Shown piece by piece: positions 43,489 to 52,844 of a stretch of 64,000 nt of DNA. Each line of letters starts with the position of its first letter. Position 1 is the first letter of the stretch. Origin of the DNA: Polyangiaceae bacterium (GTDB taxonomy: Bacteria > Myxococcota_A > Polyangia > Polyangiales > Polyangiaceae). The notes beneath the pieces are model-generated. The model searched no databases, had not been told where the DNA came from, and saw only the letters and a program-made list of their open reading frames with translations. The stretch is taken from positions 288,001-352,000 of the forward strand of contig JBILLK010000003.1 of assembly GCA_044376115.1 (NCBI GenBank). Reading direction: 5' to 3'. Position numbers and translations under genes: made by a program.

Positions 43489-45942
43489 GTGCCCACCCTC
43501 GCTTCGGACGTGACCTTCGCGCAGGGGATTTGCCCGGCGAAAACCCGCGCAGATCTCGAACTCGATCGGCTGCTCGCCGCGCTCGAGCAACGGGCGAAGA
43601 GCCCAGTCGGTCGTCGCTATGCGCTTTCGCTGCCCTTCCTGCGTGAGCGTGAACAGGTGCTGGCTTCGCTCGCCGAGATCCAAGAGCTGCGTGCGCTCGC
43701 CGTGCGCGGGCTCTCGCTGCCGATCGGTGAGGTGAGCGAGCTCTCGGACAGCCTCGGCCGCGCTCGCATTGGTCAGTCGCTTTCGCTGAGCGAGGTCTTT
43801 ACCGCGTTGAGTACGCTGCGCGCCTGCGTCGCTGCGAGCCAGTTCCTGCGCAAACAGGAGGCAGCGTTGGCGGCGCTCTCGCGTCGTTGCCCGATCGATC
43901 CTTCGCTCGATGGGCTGGTGGCAGAGCTGGGGGTTTGCTTCACCAACCAAGGCGAGCTCGCCGATGAAGCCTCGCCGCGCTTGGCCGAGGTGCGCGGGGA
44001 ACAACGCAGCGCGAAGGCCCACATCGTGGAGCGGCTGACCGAGCTGATGCGCTCCTACGCAGGCTCGCTCTCCGATTCGTATTGGACCGAGCGCGACGGT
44101 CGCTTCGTTTTGCCGGTGCGAGCCGACGCTGAAAATCGATTTCCCGGCATCGTGCACGCCGCGAGCTCAGGTGGTTCCACCTTGTTCGTCGAGCCGCGAG
44201 TGATCGTGAGCCTGGGCAACCGGCTCAAGGTGCTCGACGCTGTGGTTACACGTGAAGAGGAGCTCGTGCTCGGCCGGCTGAGCGCGCAGCTGGCCGCGTC
44301 TTCAGCTGGGATCGAGCAGGCGGTGGCTTCGCTCGCGGTGCTCGACGTGCGCCAAGCCTCCGCCGAGCTGGCCGAGGCGTTGGATCTTCGTCCGCCGCGG
44401 ATTGTCTCTCCGCGTGAAGGGATCTCTTTGCCGAAGGCCCGGCATCCGTTGCTCGCGCTCGATGGAGTGAAGGTGGTTCCCAGTGATCTGGCGCTCAAGA
44501 GCGGTCAGGTGCTGGTGCTCTCCGGTCCCAACGCAGGCGGCAAAACCGTCGCGCTGAAGGCGCTCGGGCTGGCTGCGCTGATGGTGCGGCTGGGCTTGCC
44601 GGTGGCCTCGGGGGATGACGCAGCGGTCGGGCTGTACGAGCAGGTGCTGAGCGACGTTGGTGATCAGCAGAGTTTGTCGAAGAATCTTTCGACCTTCAGC
44701 GCCCACATCGAAAACCTCGCCGAGATCAGCTCCCGCACCGATTCGGGCGCGCTCATCCTCTTGGACGAGATCGCCTCCGGCACCGATCCTCGCGAAGGAG
44801 AGGCGCTCGCGAGCGCGTTTTTGGGCGCCTTGGCCGATGCAGGCGGCACCGTGGCCTGCACGACGCACTACGAGGCGCTCAAGGTTTTGGCCTCGACAGA
44901 CGCGCGCTTTCACAACGCCTCGGCCGGCTTCGACCTGCAGAAGCTGGCCCCCACCTTCGAGATTCACGACGGCATTCCGGGGCCCTCCGCGGCGTTGGCG
45001 GTGGCCCGTCGCTTCGGCATTCCCGAGGCGGTTTGCACGCGCGCCGAGGGCTTACTCGAACGCGGCTCGCTGGACGTTTCGCGGCTTTTGGCCGAGCTGC
45101 TCGAGGAGAAGGCTGGCCTCGCGTCGCAGCGGGCCACGCTCGAGCGGGAGCAGGCCGCGATGGCCGAGGCCAAAGCGCAGATGGCGCTGGAGAAGAAGCG
45201 TTGGGATGAGCGGGATGAGCGCGCCGTGCAACGCGAGACCGAGGCGCTGGTCGCGGCGGTGAAGCGCGCTCGCGAGGATCTGCGGATGGCCGAGCTGCGG
45301 ATGAAGACCGCCACGCTCGAGGCCAAGGACTTCGCGAGCGTCTCGGCGATCGTCGAGAGCGTGGCTCGCTCGGTAGCGATTGGCGGTCCGCTCGAGCCGC
45401 CGCGTCGCGAGCCGGCGGTGGAGTCGGTGGCGAAGGCGGCGTTGTTTCCAGGGGCGCGCGTGTACGTACCCAAGCTACGCACCGAGGCCGACGTGCTCGA
45501 GGTGCTCGCCTCCGGTCAGGTGCGCGTGGCCGCTGGCCCTATGAAGTTGCTCGTCTCGCTGGAGGAACTGCGCCGCGTGACGAAGACCGAGTCCAAGGCT
45601 GAATCAAAGGCCAAGGCCGCTCGTCCAACCAAACCCCGCTCGGATTCGTCGCGCCTCTCGTTTGATGCGGCTGCGGATCCGGACGTGCCGATTCAGACCG
45701 CGGAGAACACGGTGGATCTGCGTGGCCTGCGCGCTCACGAGGCGATCGAGGGCGCTGAACAGTTCATGGACTCATGCACCAAACGCGGCCTTTCGGTCGC
45801 GTTCCTGATCCACGGGCACGGCACCGGCGCGTTGCGCCAAGCGCTGCGCGAGTCACTGCAATCGAGCCCCTACGTTCAGCGGTCTCGTCCAGGTGATCCG
45901 CGTGAAGGCGGCGACGGCGTCACCGTCGTCTGGCTTCGTTGA
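43489..45942 (+). CDS. mutS2: MutS2 endonuclease / ribosome-collision factor
   Basis: SGPNAGGKT, LSTFSAH, LLDEIASGTDP, TTHY, coiled coil, KOW-like region, Smr domain DLRG..IHGHGTGALR..GGDGVT. Confidence 0.95.
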   Translation: MPTLASDVTFAQGICPAKTRADLELDRLLAALEQRAKSPVGRRYALSLPFLREREQVLASLAEIQELRALAVRGLSLPIGEVSELSDSLGRARIGQSLSLSEVFTALSTLRACVAASQFLRKQEAALAALSRRCPIDPSLDGLVAELGVCFTNQGELADEASPRLAEVRGEQRSAKAHIVERLTELMRSYAGSLSDSYWTERDGRFVLPVRADAENRFPGIVHAASSGGSTLFVEPRVIVSLGNRLKVLDAVVTREEELVLGRLSAQLAASSAGIEQAVASLAVLDVRQASAELAEALDLRPPRIVSPREGISLPKARHPLLALDGVKVVPSDLALKSGQVLVLSGPNAGGKTVALKALGLAALMVRLGLPVASGDDAAVGLYEQVLSDVGDQQSLSKNLSTFSAHIENLAEISSRTDSGALILLDEIASGTDPREGEALASAFLGALADAGGTVACTTHYEALKVLASTDARFHNASAGFDLQKLAPTFEIHDGIPGPSAALAVARRFGIPEAVCTRAEGLLERGSLDVSRLLAELLEEKAGLASQRATLEREQAAMAEAKAQMALEKKRWDERDERAVQRETEALVAAVKRAREDLRMAELRMKTATLEAKDFASVSAIVESVARSVAIGGPLEPPRREPAVESVAKAALFPGARVYVPKLRTEADVLEVLASGQVRVAAGPMKLLVSLEELRRVTKTESKAESKAKAARPTKPRSDSSRLSFDAAADPDVPIQTAENTVDLRGLRAHEAIEGAEQFMDSCTKRGLSVAFLIHGHGTGALRQALRESLQSSPYVQRSRPGDPREGGDGVTVVWLR

Positions 45943-46201
45943 GCTTCTTGCGATAACGCGCTGCCACGAACCTTGGTTGAGCCGTGACATCGACGTCGCG
46001 GTCGCTGCGAAGCGTTCGCGCTTGATTGCGTACGCTTTCTCTTCGCAACGTCGTCAGTTCTTCCTTGTACGGAAGTCGTTTCGCGGCGCCGTTGAGAAAA
46101 GTGGATCTTTTCGGTCGGCTGGCGCGTCGCAAAGAGGTCGAAACACTTCTGCGGAATAGTTACGCGCAGCGGATTGTCTCCATCGTGTCGGGTGACCGGC
46201 A

Positions 46202-46217
46202 TGGCACAACGAATGCA
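46202..46217 (+). promoter_or_regulatory. Putative sigma54 -24/-12 promoter
   Basis: TGGCACAACGAATGCA = GG-N10-GC, close to TGGCAC-N5-TTGC. Confidence 0.6.
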
Positions 46218-46231
46218 CCTCGGAAGTTACC

Positions 46232-46669
46232 GTGAATACCCAAAGGCCGATTCGCCAAAGCTCTACCTACCCGCGCGTTGATGCGGGCGGAGCCGTGCTC
46301 GGAGATGGCTTCATCGCTGATGCCCAACTGGATGAGTGGCTGCGTAACGGTCTCGCGGATCGTGACGCAACGAATCGTGACGAAGGCGTGCTCCAGCTCT
46401 CCGACGGTTCGCGGTTCAGCCTGGTGGACGGCTTGCGCATCCTTGGTCGGCGCGACGGGGACAGCGATCCGTACGGCCTCACGGGGCGGGTCATGTCCCT
46501 GCGCTCGGTCTTGCGACGCGGTGGCCTGCTCAGCTCGGACGGCGTGCGCATTGGACCGGCCATCTACGATGCAGCCTTCGGTGTGCTGCTAAGCCTGCTA
46601 GCCGCCTCCTCAGCGGCTGAGGAGGAAGAGTCGCCGCCGACCTTGAGGCAGAGCGCAACGGGCCGCTGA
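46232..46669 (+). CDS. Hypothetical protein
   Basis: ORF downstream of the sigma54-type promoter; alternative start GTG 46295 after GGAG. Confidence 0.6.
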   Translation: MNTQRPIRQSSTYPRVDAGGAVLGDGFIADAQLDEWLRNGLADRDATNRDEGVLQLSDGSRFSLVDGLRILGRRDGDSDPYGLTGRVMSLRSVLRRGGLLSSDGVRIGPAIYDAAFGVLLSLLAASSAAEEEESPPTLRQSATGR

Positions 46670-46727
46670 ACGCCAGTTGCGCCCCGCCTTGAGGTCTTGA
46701 GCCGAGGGCCTCCTTGGGGGCCCTTGG

Positions 46728-47084
46728 CTACTCGCCGTTGCAGACGTTGACCTCGCCGGCGCCGTCCTCGCGACTCTTGCCCTCACAGTCATAGCCGTTG
46801 CGGCATTCGTCGTCGCTCGCGCAGCTCAGCAGACAGACGCCGCCTTCACTGCTGATGCACACCGAGCCGCTCGGGCAGTCCTCATCACTGGCGCACTCCA
46901 CCGTGCATGTTCCTTGGGGGAAGTCACCTTCGTCGAGGCACTGGCTGCCATCGGCGCACTCGCTATTGGCAGTGCAGGGACCGCCGACAACGTCCCCCTC
47001 GTTTCCAACCCCGCCGCCGGCGTCATCCCCACACGCAATCAACAGGCAGGCACCCAACACGATCGAAGCGAATGAAGGTTTCAT
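46728..47084 (-). CDS. Small Cys-rich lipoprotein
   Basis: LLIAC lipobox; three Cx4-5C modules (CTANSEC, CASDEDC, CASDDEC). Confidence 0.8.
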   Translation of the reverse strand: MKPSFASIVLGACLLIACGDDAGGGVGNEGDVVGGPCTANSECADGSQCLDEGDFPQGTCTVECASDEDCPSGSVCISSEGGVCLLSCASDDECRNGYDCEGKSREDGAGEVNVCNGE

Positions 47085-47156
47085 CTCGCCATCATGTAAA
47101 AACGGCACGCACCGGACAAGCGGGTGGCCCCTTCTTCCGTGTTCCTGTCGAACACA

Positions 47157-49457
47157 CTAGCGCCCGCGGTCGAGTACTTGGCGCACCTTGTTGCAGAGCC
47201 CTTCGAGGGAAACCGGCTTCGGAATGAACTCGGTGCCTTCGTCGAGCACGCCTTGATGCACGATCGTGTTCTCGGTGTAGCCGCTCATGTAGATGACCTT
47301 GAGGTCGGGCCGCATGGCGAGCAGCCGGTCGGCGAGGGCGCGGCCGTTCATCCGTGGCATCACTACGTCGGTGAGCAGCAAGTGAATGTGGCCACGGTGC
47401 TGCTCGGCGATCAGCAGGGCCTCACCGCCGTTCTCTGCCTCGAGCACTACGTAGCCCTCGCGCTGCAGTGCGCGTTTGGCGAAGGCGCGTACGCCCGACT
47501 CGTCCTCCACCAAGAGGATCGTCTCGTTGCCTTGTAGGCGGGCTTGCGGGCCAGCTTTCTTGGCTGCGGTTGCCGCGTCCTGCACACGAGGAAGGTAGAC
47601 CTTGAAGGTGCTCCCGCGACCTTGCTCGCTGTAGAGCCAAATATGACCGCCGCTTTGTTTGACGATGCCAAACACCGTTGCCAGGCCCAACCCGGTGCCT
47701 TTTCCGAGCGCTTTGGTGGTGAAGAACGGCTCGAAGATCCGCTCGCGAACCGAGTCCTCCATGCCTTGGCCGTTGTCTGCGACCGAGAGCAGCACATGCT
47801 CGCCCGGCGCTACACTCAGGTGTTGCCGGGAGTACTCCTCGTCGAGCTCGACGTTCGCCGTCTCGATCGTGATGCGCCCACCGGTGGGCGGCAGCGCATC
47901 GCGGGCGTTAATCACCAGGTTGAGGACGATCTGTTCGATCTGCGCCGGGTCGGCACGCACGCACCCCAGCCGCTGTGCGAGGCCCAGGTGGAGCTCGACG
48001 TTCTCACCGAGCAGTCTGCGCAGCATGCCCTCCATCGAAACGATGTGCTCGGTCAGGTCGAGCACCTGCGGCTCGAGGATCTGCCGGCGACTGAAGGCGA
48101 GCAGTTGACGCGTCAGAGACGAGGCGCGCTCCGCTGCTGCGACGATCTCGGCCACGTCGCTGCGCAGCGGATCTTGCTCGGATAGCTCCGAATGAACGAT
48201 GCCCGCAAATCCAAGGATGGCTGAGAGCATGTTGTTGAAGTCGTGAGCGACGCCTCCAGCCAACCTGCCGATCGCCTCCATCTTTTGGGACTGCAGAAAT
48301 TGGTGCTGCAAAGCCTTCTTGTCGGTGACATCGCGGAGGTTCCCAACCACCGCGCCAACCGCAGGATCCTGAAGTCGATTGTGGAAGGTGCCTTCGAAGT
48401 GGCGATAGGTGCCATCCCCGTGAAGTAGCCGCTTGCCCACGTTGACCACCGACTCCGGAACCGCCACGCAGCGGGCAAACGCCGCCTTGACGTAGTCCAG
48501 GTCCTCGAGGTGAATCATCGTCTTGTGGGTATTGAGATATTGCTCCTCGTTCATACCCAAGAGGCGCTGCACGCTGGCGGCGACCCACTGTGGCCGATGC
48601 TTTGGGTCGAACAGCACGATCAGCTCGTTGCCCTGCTCCACCAAGGCGCGAAAGCGCATCTTTTGGCGGTCGCTCTCGAGCGCCGCCTTCTTTTGCTCCG
48701 AAATATCGAGCAGGAAGGACACGCCGCGATTGGTCGCACCAGGCAACAGGGAGCAGGCGACCAACACAGGCACACGCGAGCCGTCGCGACGCTGAAACTC
48801 CTTCTCGTACGTGCGCGACTTGCCAGTGCGGCGAATCTCGTCGATGGCCGCACGCTCGACCGCCTTCCATTCGGGCGGCGTGAGCTCCGTCCAGCGGAGC
48901 TCACCGCGTTCGAGTTCGGCTTTGCTGAAGCCCAGCAGCTCCAAGGCCAGCTCGTTGGCCCAGGTGATTGCGCCATCGGCGCTCCAATGCACCACCCCGA
49001 TGATGCCAATGTCGCGAAAGCGTTCGAGCTCGTCGAGCGTCTCTTGGAGCCGAGCTTGAGCGGTGACGTCGCGCAGGCCGAAGGCGACATGGGTAACGCT
49101 GCCTTCCACGCTGCGCAGCGGAAAGACCGTACCGTCGACCGCCACTTTGGGACCCGCGCCTTCCGGCCCCTGGTGTTGATACCAGAGGCGCGCAAGCTGC
49201 ACGGTCTCCCCGGCGAAGGCGCGCCGCACCGGCTCTACGCCGTCTTGCGCGTGCAGTGTGGGGTCATCAAAGAGGCAGTAGTTGGGAGGTGGCTCGGCGC
49301 CGAAAAGGCCGCGAAAGGCGTCGTTTACGAGCACGCACTTACCGCTCTGGTCATACAGCGCAACCGCCGTATGGGTACTAGCAAACAGCCCAGCGAACAG
49401 CTCGAGCGGGTGGTCCAGTCGCTCATGCGCCAGCTTGAGTGTCTCGATGATCCCCAC
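47157..49457 (-). CDS. PAS hybrid sensor histidine kinase / response regulator
   Basis: Three PAS domains, [39 protein letters not shown]. Confidence 0.94.
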   Translation of the reverse strand: MGIIETLKLAHERLDHPLELFAGLFASTHTAVALYDQSGKCVLVNDAFRGLFGAEPPPNYCLFDDPTLHAQDGVEPVRRAFAGETVQLARLWYQHQGPEGAGPKVAVDGTVFPLRSVEGSVTHVAFGLRDVTAQARLQETLDELERFRDIGIIGVVHWSADGAITWANELALELLGFSKAELERGELRWTELTPPEWKAVERAAIDEIRRTGKSRTYEKEFQRRDGSRVPVLVACSLLPGATNRGVSFLLDISEQKKAALESDRQKMRFRALVEQGNELIVLFDPKHRPQWVAASVQRLLGMNEEQYLNTHKTMIHLEDLDYVKAAFARCVAVPESVVNVGKRLLHGDGTYRHFEGTFHNRLQDPAVGAVVGNLRDVTDKKALQHQFLQSQKMEAIGRLAGGVAHDFNNMLSAILGFAGIVHSELSEQDPLRSDVAEIVAAAERASSLTRQLLAFSRRQILEPQVLDLTEHIVSMEGMLRRLLGENVELHLGLAQRLGCVRADPAQIEQIVLNLVINARDALPPTGGRITIETANVELDEEYSRQHLSVAPGEHVLLSVADNGQGMEDSVRERIFEPFFTTKALGKGTGLGLATVFGIVKQSGGHIWLYSEQGRGSTFKVYLPRVQDAATAAKKAGPQARLQGNETILLVEDESGVRAFAKRALQREGYVVLEAENGGEALLIAEQHRGHIHLLLTDVVMPRMNGRALADRLLAMRPDLKVIYMSGYTENTIVHQGVLDEGTEFIPKPVSLEGLCNKVRQVLDRGR

Positions 49458-49592
49458 TAAACCAAGGGTAATACGGGCTTGGCCGGCATACCAAGCAATC
49501 GGGCGGTTTAAGCCGGGCGCGCTCCGTAGCCTCCGTAGTGATACGGACGGGAGAAACGTGCACCATGCGTCACGGCCGTGGTCAGCTCGGCG

Positions 49593-50018
49593 TTAGCGTT
49601 TGACGGAAACGAGGTCTGCGACCCGAGACAGCACGCCGTTCACGAACGAGCCGGAATCCTCGGTGCCGAAGCGTTTGGCGAGCTCCACCGCTTCATCGAT
49701 CACGATGGCTCGCTCGATACCGCTTTGCAGCTCGAGCGTGGCCAAGCGCAGCACGTTGCGATCAACGCGTGACATGCGTTCAATACGCCAGTTGGTGCTC
49801 GCAGCCTTGATGACGCCGTCAATGGCGTCTTGCCCATCGAGGATGCCAACCACCAGCGTCTCCGCATACGCGCGCGAATCCCCGTCCAAATCCAGGTCGA
49901 TACCGAAGGCCAGCGAGGTGAAGAAGTCGCGCAGCGCCGTCTTGGGCGGCAGCTGCTGAGCCTCTGCGGCGAACAGCATCATCAACGTCGCTTCACGCGC
50001 AACCGAACGTACGCCCAC
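49593..50018 (-). CDS. nusB: Transcription antitermination factor NusB
   Basis: RSVARE, NWRIERMSRVDRNVLRL, IDEAVELAKRFG..FVNGVL. Confidence 0.95.
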   Translation of the reverse strand: MGVRSVAREATLMMLFAAEAQQLPPKTALRDFFTSLAFGIDLDLDGDSRAYAETLVVGILDGQDAIDGVIKAASTNWRIERMSRVDRNVLRLATLELQSGIERAIVIDEAVELAKRFGTEDSGSFVNGVLSRVADLVSVKR

Positions 50019-50021
50019 GGC

Positions 50022-50522
50022 TCAGAACCCGCTCGAGGCAAGCGCCTGGTTCAAGCTCACCATCTCGATCGACGAGACGGCCGCCTCCCAGCCCTTGTTC
50101 CCGGCTTTGGTACCGGCTCGCTCAATCGCCTGCTCGATCGAGTCCGTTGTCAGCACGCCGAAGGTCACCGACACACCCGTCTCAATCGAGACCGAGGCGA
50201 TGCCTTTGGTGACCTCGGCAGCGACGTAGTCGAAGTGTGGCGTTGAGCCGCGGATCACAGCGCCGAGCGCGATGATGCCGACCTTGTCTCGATCTTCCAC
50301 ACGCACGCTTTTGGCGACTCGGCCCACTGCAGACGGGATCTCCCAAGCGCCGGGCACCTTCACCAAGGTGACCGCCGATTGCTGGCCGCCATGCCGCCGA
50401 ATCGCGTCGATGGCGCCGTCCACCAAGCGGTCCACGATGAAGTGGTTGAACCTGGACGCCACAATCACGAAGCGCGCTCCGTGCGGAACGACGACTTGCC
50501 CTTCAACGGTAACTACGGACAT
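50022..50522 (-). CDS. ribH: 6,7-dimethyl-8-ribityllumazine synthase
   Basis: [37 protein letters not shown]. Confidence 0.97.
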   Translation of the reverse strand: MSVVTVEGQVVVPHGARFVIVASRFNHFIVDRLVDGAIDAIRRHGGQQSAVTLVKVPGAWEIPSAVGRVAKSVRVEDRDKVGIIALGAVIRGSTPHFDYVAAEVTKGIASVSIETGVSVTFGVLTTDSIEQAIERAGTKAGNKGWEAAVSSIEMVSLNQALASSGF

Positions 50523-50536
50523 TGCGCGGTTCCTTA

Positions 50537-51772
50537 TCAGTCCTTCGCCACGATGGGAATGCGCTCGACGATCTTGAGACCGAAGCCATCCAAGCCGGCG
50601 ATCTTGGTTTGGCTGTTCGATAGCAGGCGCAACTCAAGGATGCCGAGCTCGGCGAGCACCTGCGCGCCCAACCCAAACTCACGCAGCGGCGCGACGTTCA
50701 GCGTCGGTTTGGACGCACGCTCGGGCACCGCCGCCGTCGGAAGCCGGCGCTCGAGCTCGGCCAGCAGATCGCCGCGCGGCGGGATGTAGAGCACGATGCC
50801 GCGGCCTTCCGCCTCGATCATGCGCAGGGATTCACGCAGGTTTGCGCCCCCATCCGAGGGCGTGGAGGCGAACACGTCGCCCAGCAGCGAGCCGGTGTGG
50901 ATGCGCGCGAGCACCGCACCGCCAGCGGCGACGTCACCCTTGACCAACGCCAAGAACTGCCGACCTTCACCGACGATATCGAAGGCGACCACCAGCCACT
51001 CGGTGCCCGTCGCGTCGAGCTTGAGCGTTGCTTCGGAGGCGCGCTTCACCAGCCGCTCGGTCTGCAACCGATACTGAATCAGATCGGCGATGGTGAGCAG
51101 ACGGAGATCATGCGTTTTGGCGAAGGCCTCGAGGTCGGGCATGCGCGCCATGGTGCCGTCGTCGTTCATGATCTCGCAGATCACGCCGGCCGGAGTGAGG
51201 CCGGCGAGCTCTGCGAGATCCACCGAGCCCTCGGTGTGGCCGGTGCGCACGAGCACGCCGCCGCGCTTTGCGCGCAGCGGAAAGACGTGGCCCGGCGTTA
51301 CCAGGTCCCCGGGCTTGGCTTGCGGATCCACCGCGACGCGCACGGTGCGCGCGCGGTCTGCGGCGCTGATGCCGCTGGTCACTCCGGTGCGCGCCTCGAT
51401 GCTCACGGTGAAGGCCGTTCCGAGCGGTGGACCATGCCGACCAGGCGCGCTCATCAGCGGCAACTCCAGCCGATCCACTTGCTCCTCGGTGAGCGTCAGG
51501 CAGATCAGCCCGCGCCCGAATTTGGCCATGAAGTTGACGCTCTCCGGCGTCACTCGCTCGGCCGCCATCACCAGATCGCCCTCGTTCTCACGATCTTCAT
51601 CGTCCACGAGGATGATCATCTTGCCGGCGCGAATGGCCTCGAGCGCGCCGTTCACTCGCTCGAGCAACGCCGGATCGATGGTTAGACGGTTGCTGTGCGT
51701 CGGGCGGGGCACTCCGCGTGAAGAGCCCTGCGCTTTGGGGATTTCACGGTGTTCGGGCGCTTGATCAGACAT
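50537..51772 (-). CDS. ribB: DHBP synthase fused to a degenerate GTP cyclohydrolase II-like domain (RibBX type)
   Basis: [24 protein letters not shown] intact; C-terminal domain lacks the three Zn-binding Cys. Confidence 0.9.
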   Translation of the reverse strand: MSDQAPEHREIPKAQGSSRGVPRPTHSNRLTIDPALLERVNGALEAIRAGKMIILVDDEDRENEGDLVMAAERVTPESVNFMAKFGRGLICLTLTEEQVDRLELPLMSAPGRHGPPLGTAFTVSIEARTGVTSGISAADRARTVRVAVDPQAKPGDLVTPGHVFPLRAKRGGVLVRTGHTEGSVDLAELAGLTPAGVICEIMNDDGTMARMPDLEAFAKTHDLRLLTIADLIQYRLQTERLVKRASEATLKLDATGTEWLVVAFDIVGEGRQFLALVKGDVAAGGAVLARIHTGSLLGDVFASTPSDGGANLRESLRMIEAEGRGIVLYIPPRGDLLAELERRLPTAAVPERASKPTLNVAPLREFGLGAQVLAELGILELRLLSNSQTKIAGLDGFGLKIVERIPIVAKD

Positions 51773-51817
51773 GGGACCTCTCGCAACGTTAGGCGGGGCC
51801 GAGGCGCCGCAGCGGGG

Positions 51818-52492
51818 TCAGATGTAGCCTCCGCCTTTCAACTTTTCCAGTAGTCCCTGGTCGCTCGCGCCGTGAGTCTTTTCAGCGGGTACAGCGATCG
51901 AAAGTTGGCGTGCGACGTAACGAGCGAGCACATCGACCTCGACATTGACCCGCGCGCCCACCGTCAACGCCTCCAAGGTGGTGCGGCCTTGGGTGTGCGG
52001 TACCAACATCACCCCAACTTCCACGTGGCTCGCAGCGTCCACCACCTCGTTGATCGTCAGGCTGACGCCGTCGATGGTGATCGAGCCCTTCTGCGCGACG
52101 AGCGGCCTTAGCGCGCCCGCGAGCGAAAAGAACGTCGCTACAGCGTCCCCTTTGGCCTCGCGTCGGACGACACGCGCGACGTCATCCACGTGGCCGAGCA
52201 CGATGTGCCCGCCGAGCCTGCCGCCGGCTTGCGTGGCCCGCTCGAGATTGAGCGGCTTTCCGGCTTTGTTGCCGAGGGTCGTCTTGTCGAGCGTCTCGGA
52301 GGAGACGTCGGCCTCGAAGCCGTGCTCGAGGATGCGGTCCACCGTCAGGCAAACGCCGGAGCAGGCGACTGATTCGCCCAACTCGAAGGGCGACTTCTGC
52401 TGCAGTTTGCAGCGAATGGTGGCACGGGCCGAAGGGCCGCGTCGTTCGAGCCGTTCGAGTAGGCCAACCTCTTCGACCAGCCCGGTGAACAT
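51818..52492 (-). CDS. ribE: Riboflavin synthase (alpha chain)
   Basis: MFTGLV, GVCLTV, GGHIVLGHVD, KGSITIDGVSLT, VNVEVD. Confidence 0.96.
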   Translation of the reverse strand: MFTGLVEEVGLLERLERRGPSARATIRCKLQQKSPFELGESVACSGVCLTVDRILEHGFEADVSSETLDKTTLGNKAGKPLNLERATQAGGRLGGHIVLGHVDDVARVVRREAKGDAVATFFSLAGALRPLVAQKGSITIDGVSLTINEVVDAASHVEVGVMLVPHTQGRTTLEALTVGARVNVEVDVLARYVARQLSIAVPAEKTHGASDQGLLEKLKGGGYI

Positions 52493-52498
52493 GCGCGG

Positions 52499-52843
52499 TT
52501 ACGGCTCCGATTTGGCCGGTGCGACCAGCACGCGCTGCAACGTGAGCAGCTTGTCGATCAGGTTCTTCGAGTAGCTCGAGAGCTCGGTGAAGACCACGCC
52601 CATACCCGGCGGATCATCGTGAACGCGCACCACTTCACCGACGCCCTCGATGGTCTCGATGTCGTCCATGATCACGGTGAAGCGAAGATTGACGTGGGTG
52701 CCGATGGCCAGCGGCGTCTTCGAGCGGACGAACACGCCGGTGCGCGAGATGTTGGTCACATACTCGTTGATGAAGGCGTCGTACGACTCGAACTCTTTGT
52801 TGATCGTCACGCGCTCTTCGCGACGCGGCTCATTTTCGTCCAT
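52499..52843 (-). CDS. Stand-alone PilZ-domain protein
   Basis: RREER (RxxxR) and NISRTG motifs; GMGVVF. Confidence 0.88.
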   Translation of the reverse strand: MDENEPRREERVTINKEFESYDAFINEYVTNISRTGVFVRSKTPLAIGTHVNLRFTVIMDDIETIEGVGEVVRVHDDPPGMGVVFTELSSYSKNLIDKLLTLQRVLVAPAKSEP

Positions 52844-52844
52844 C

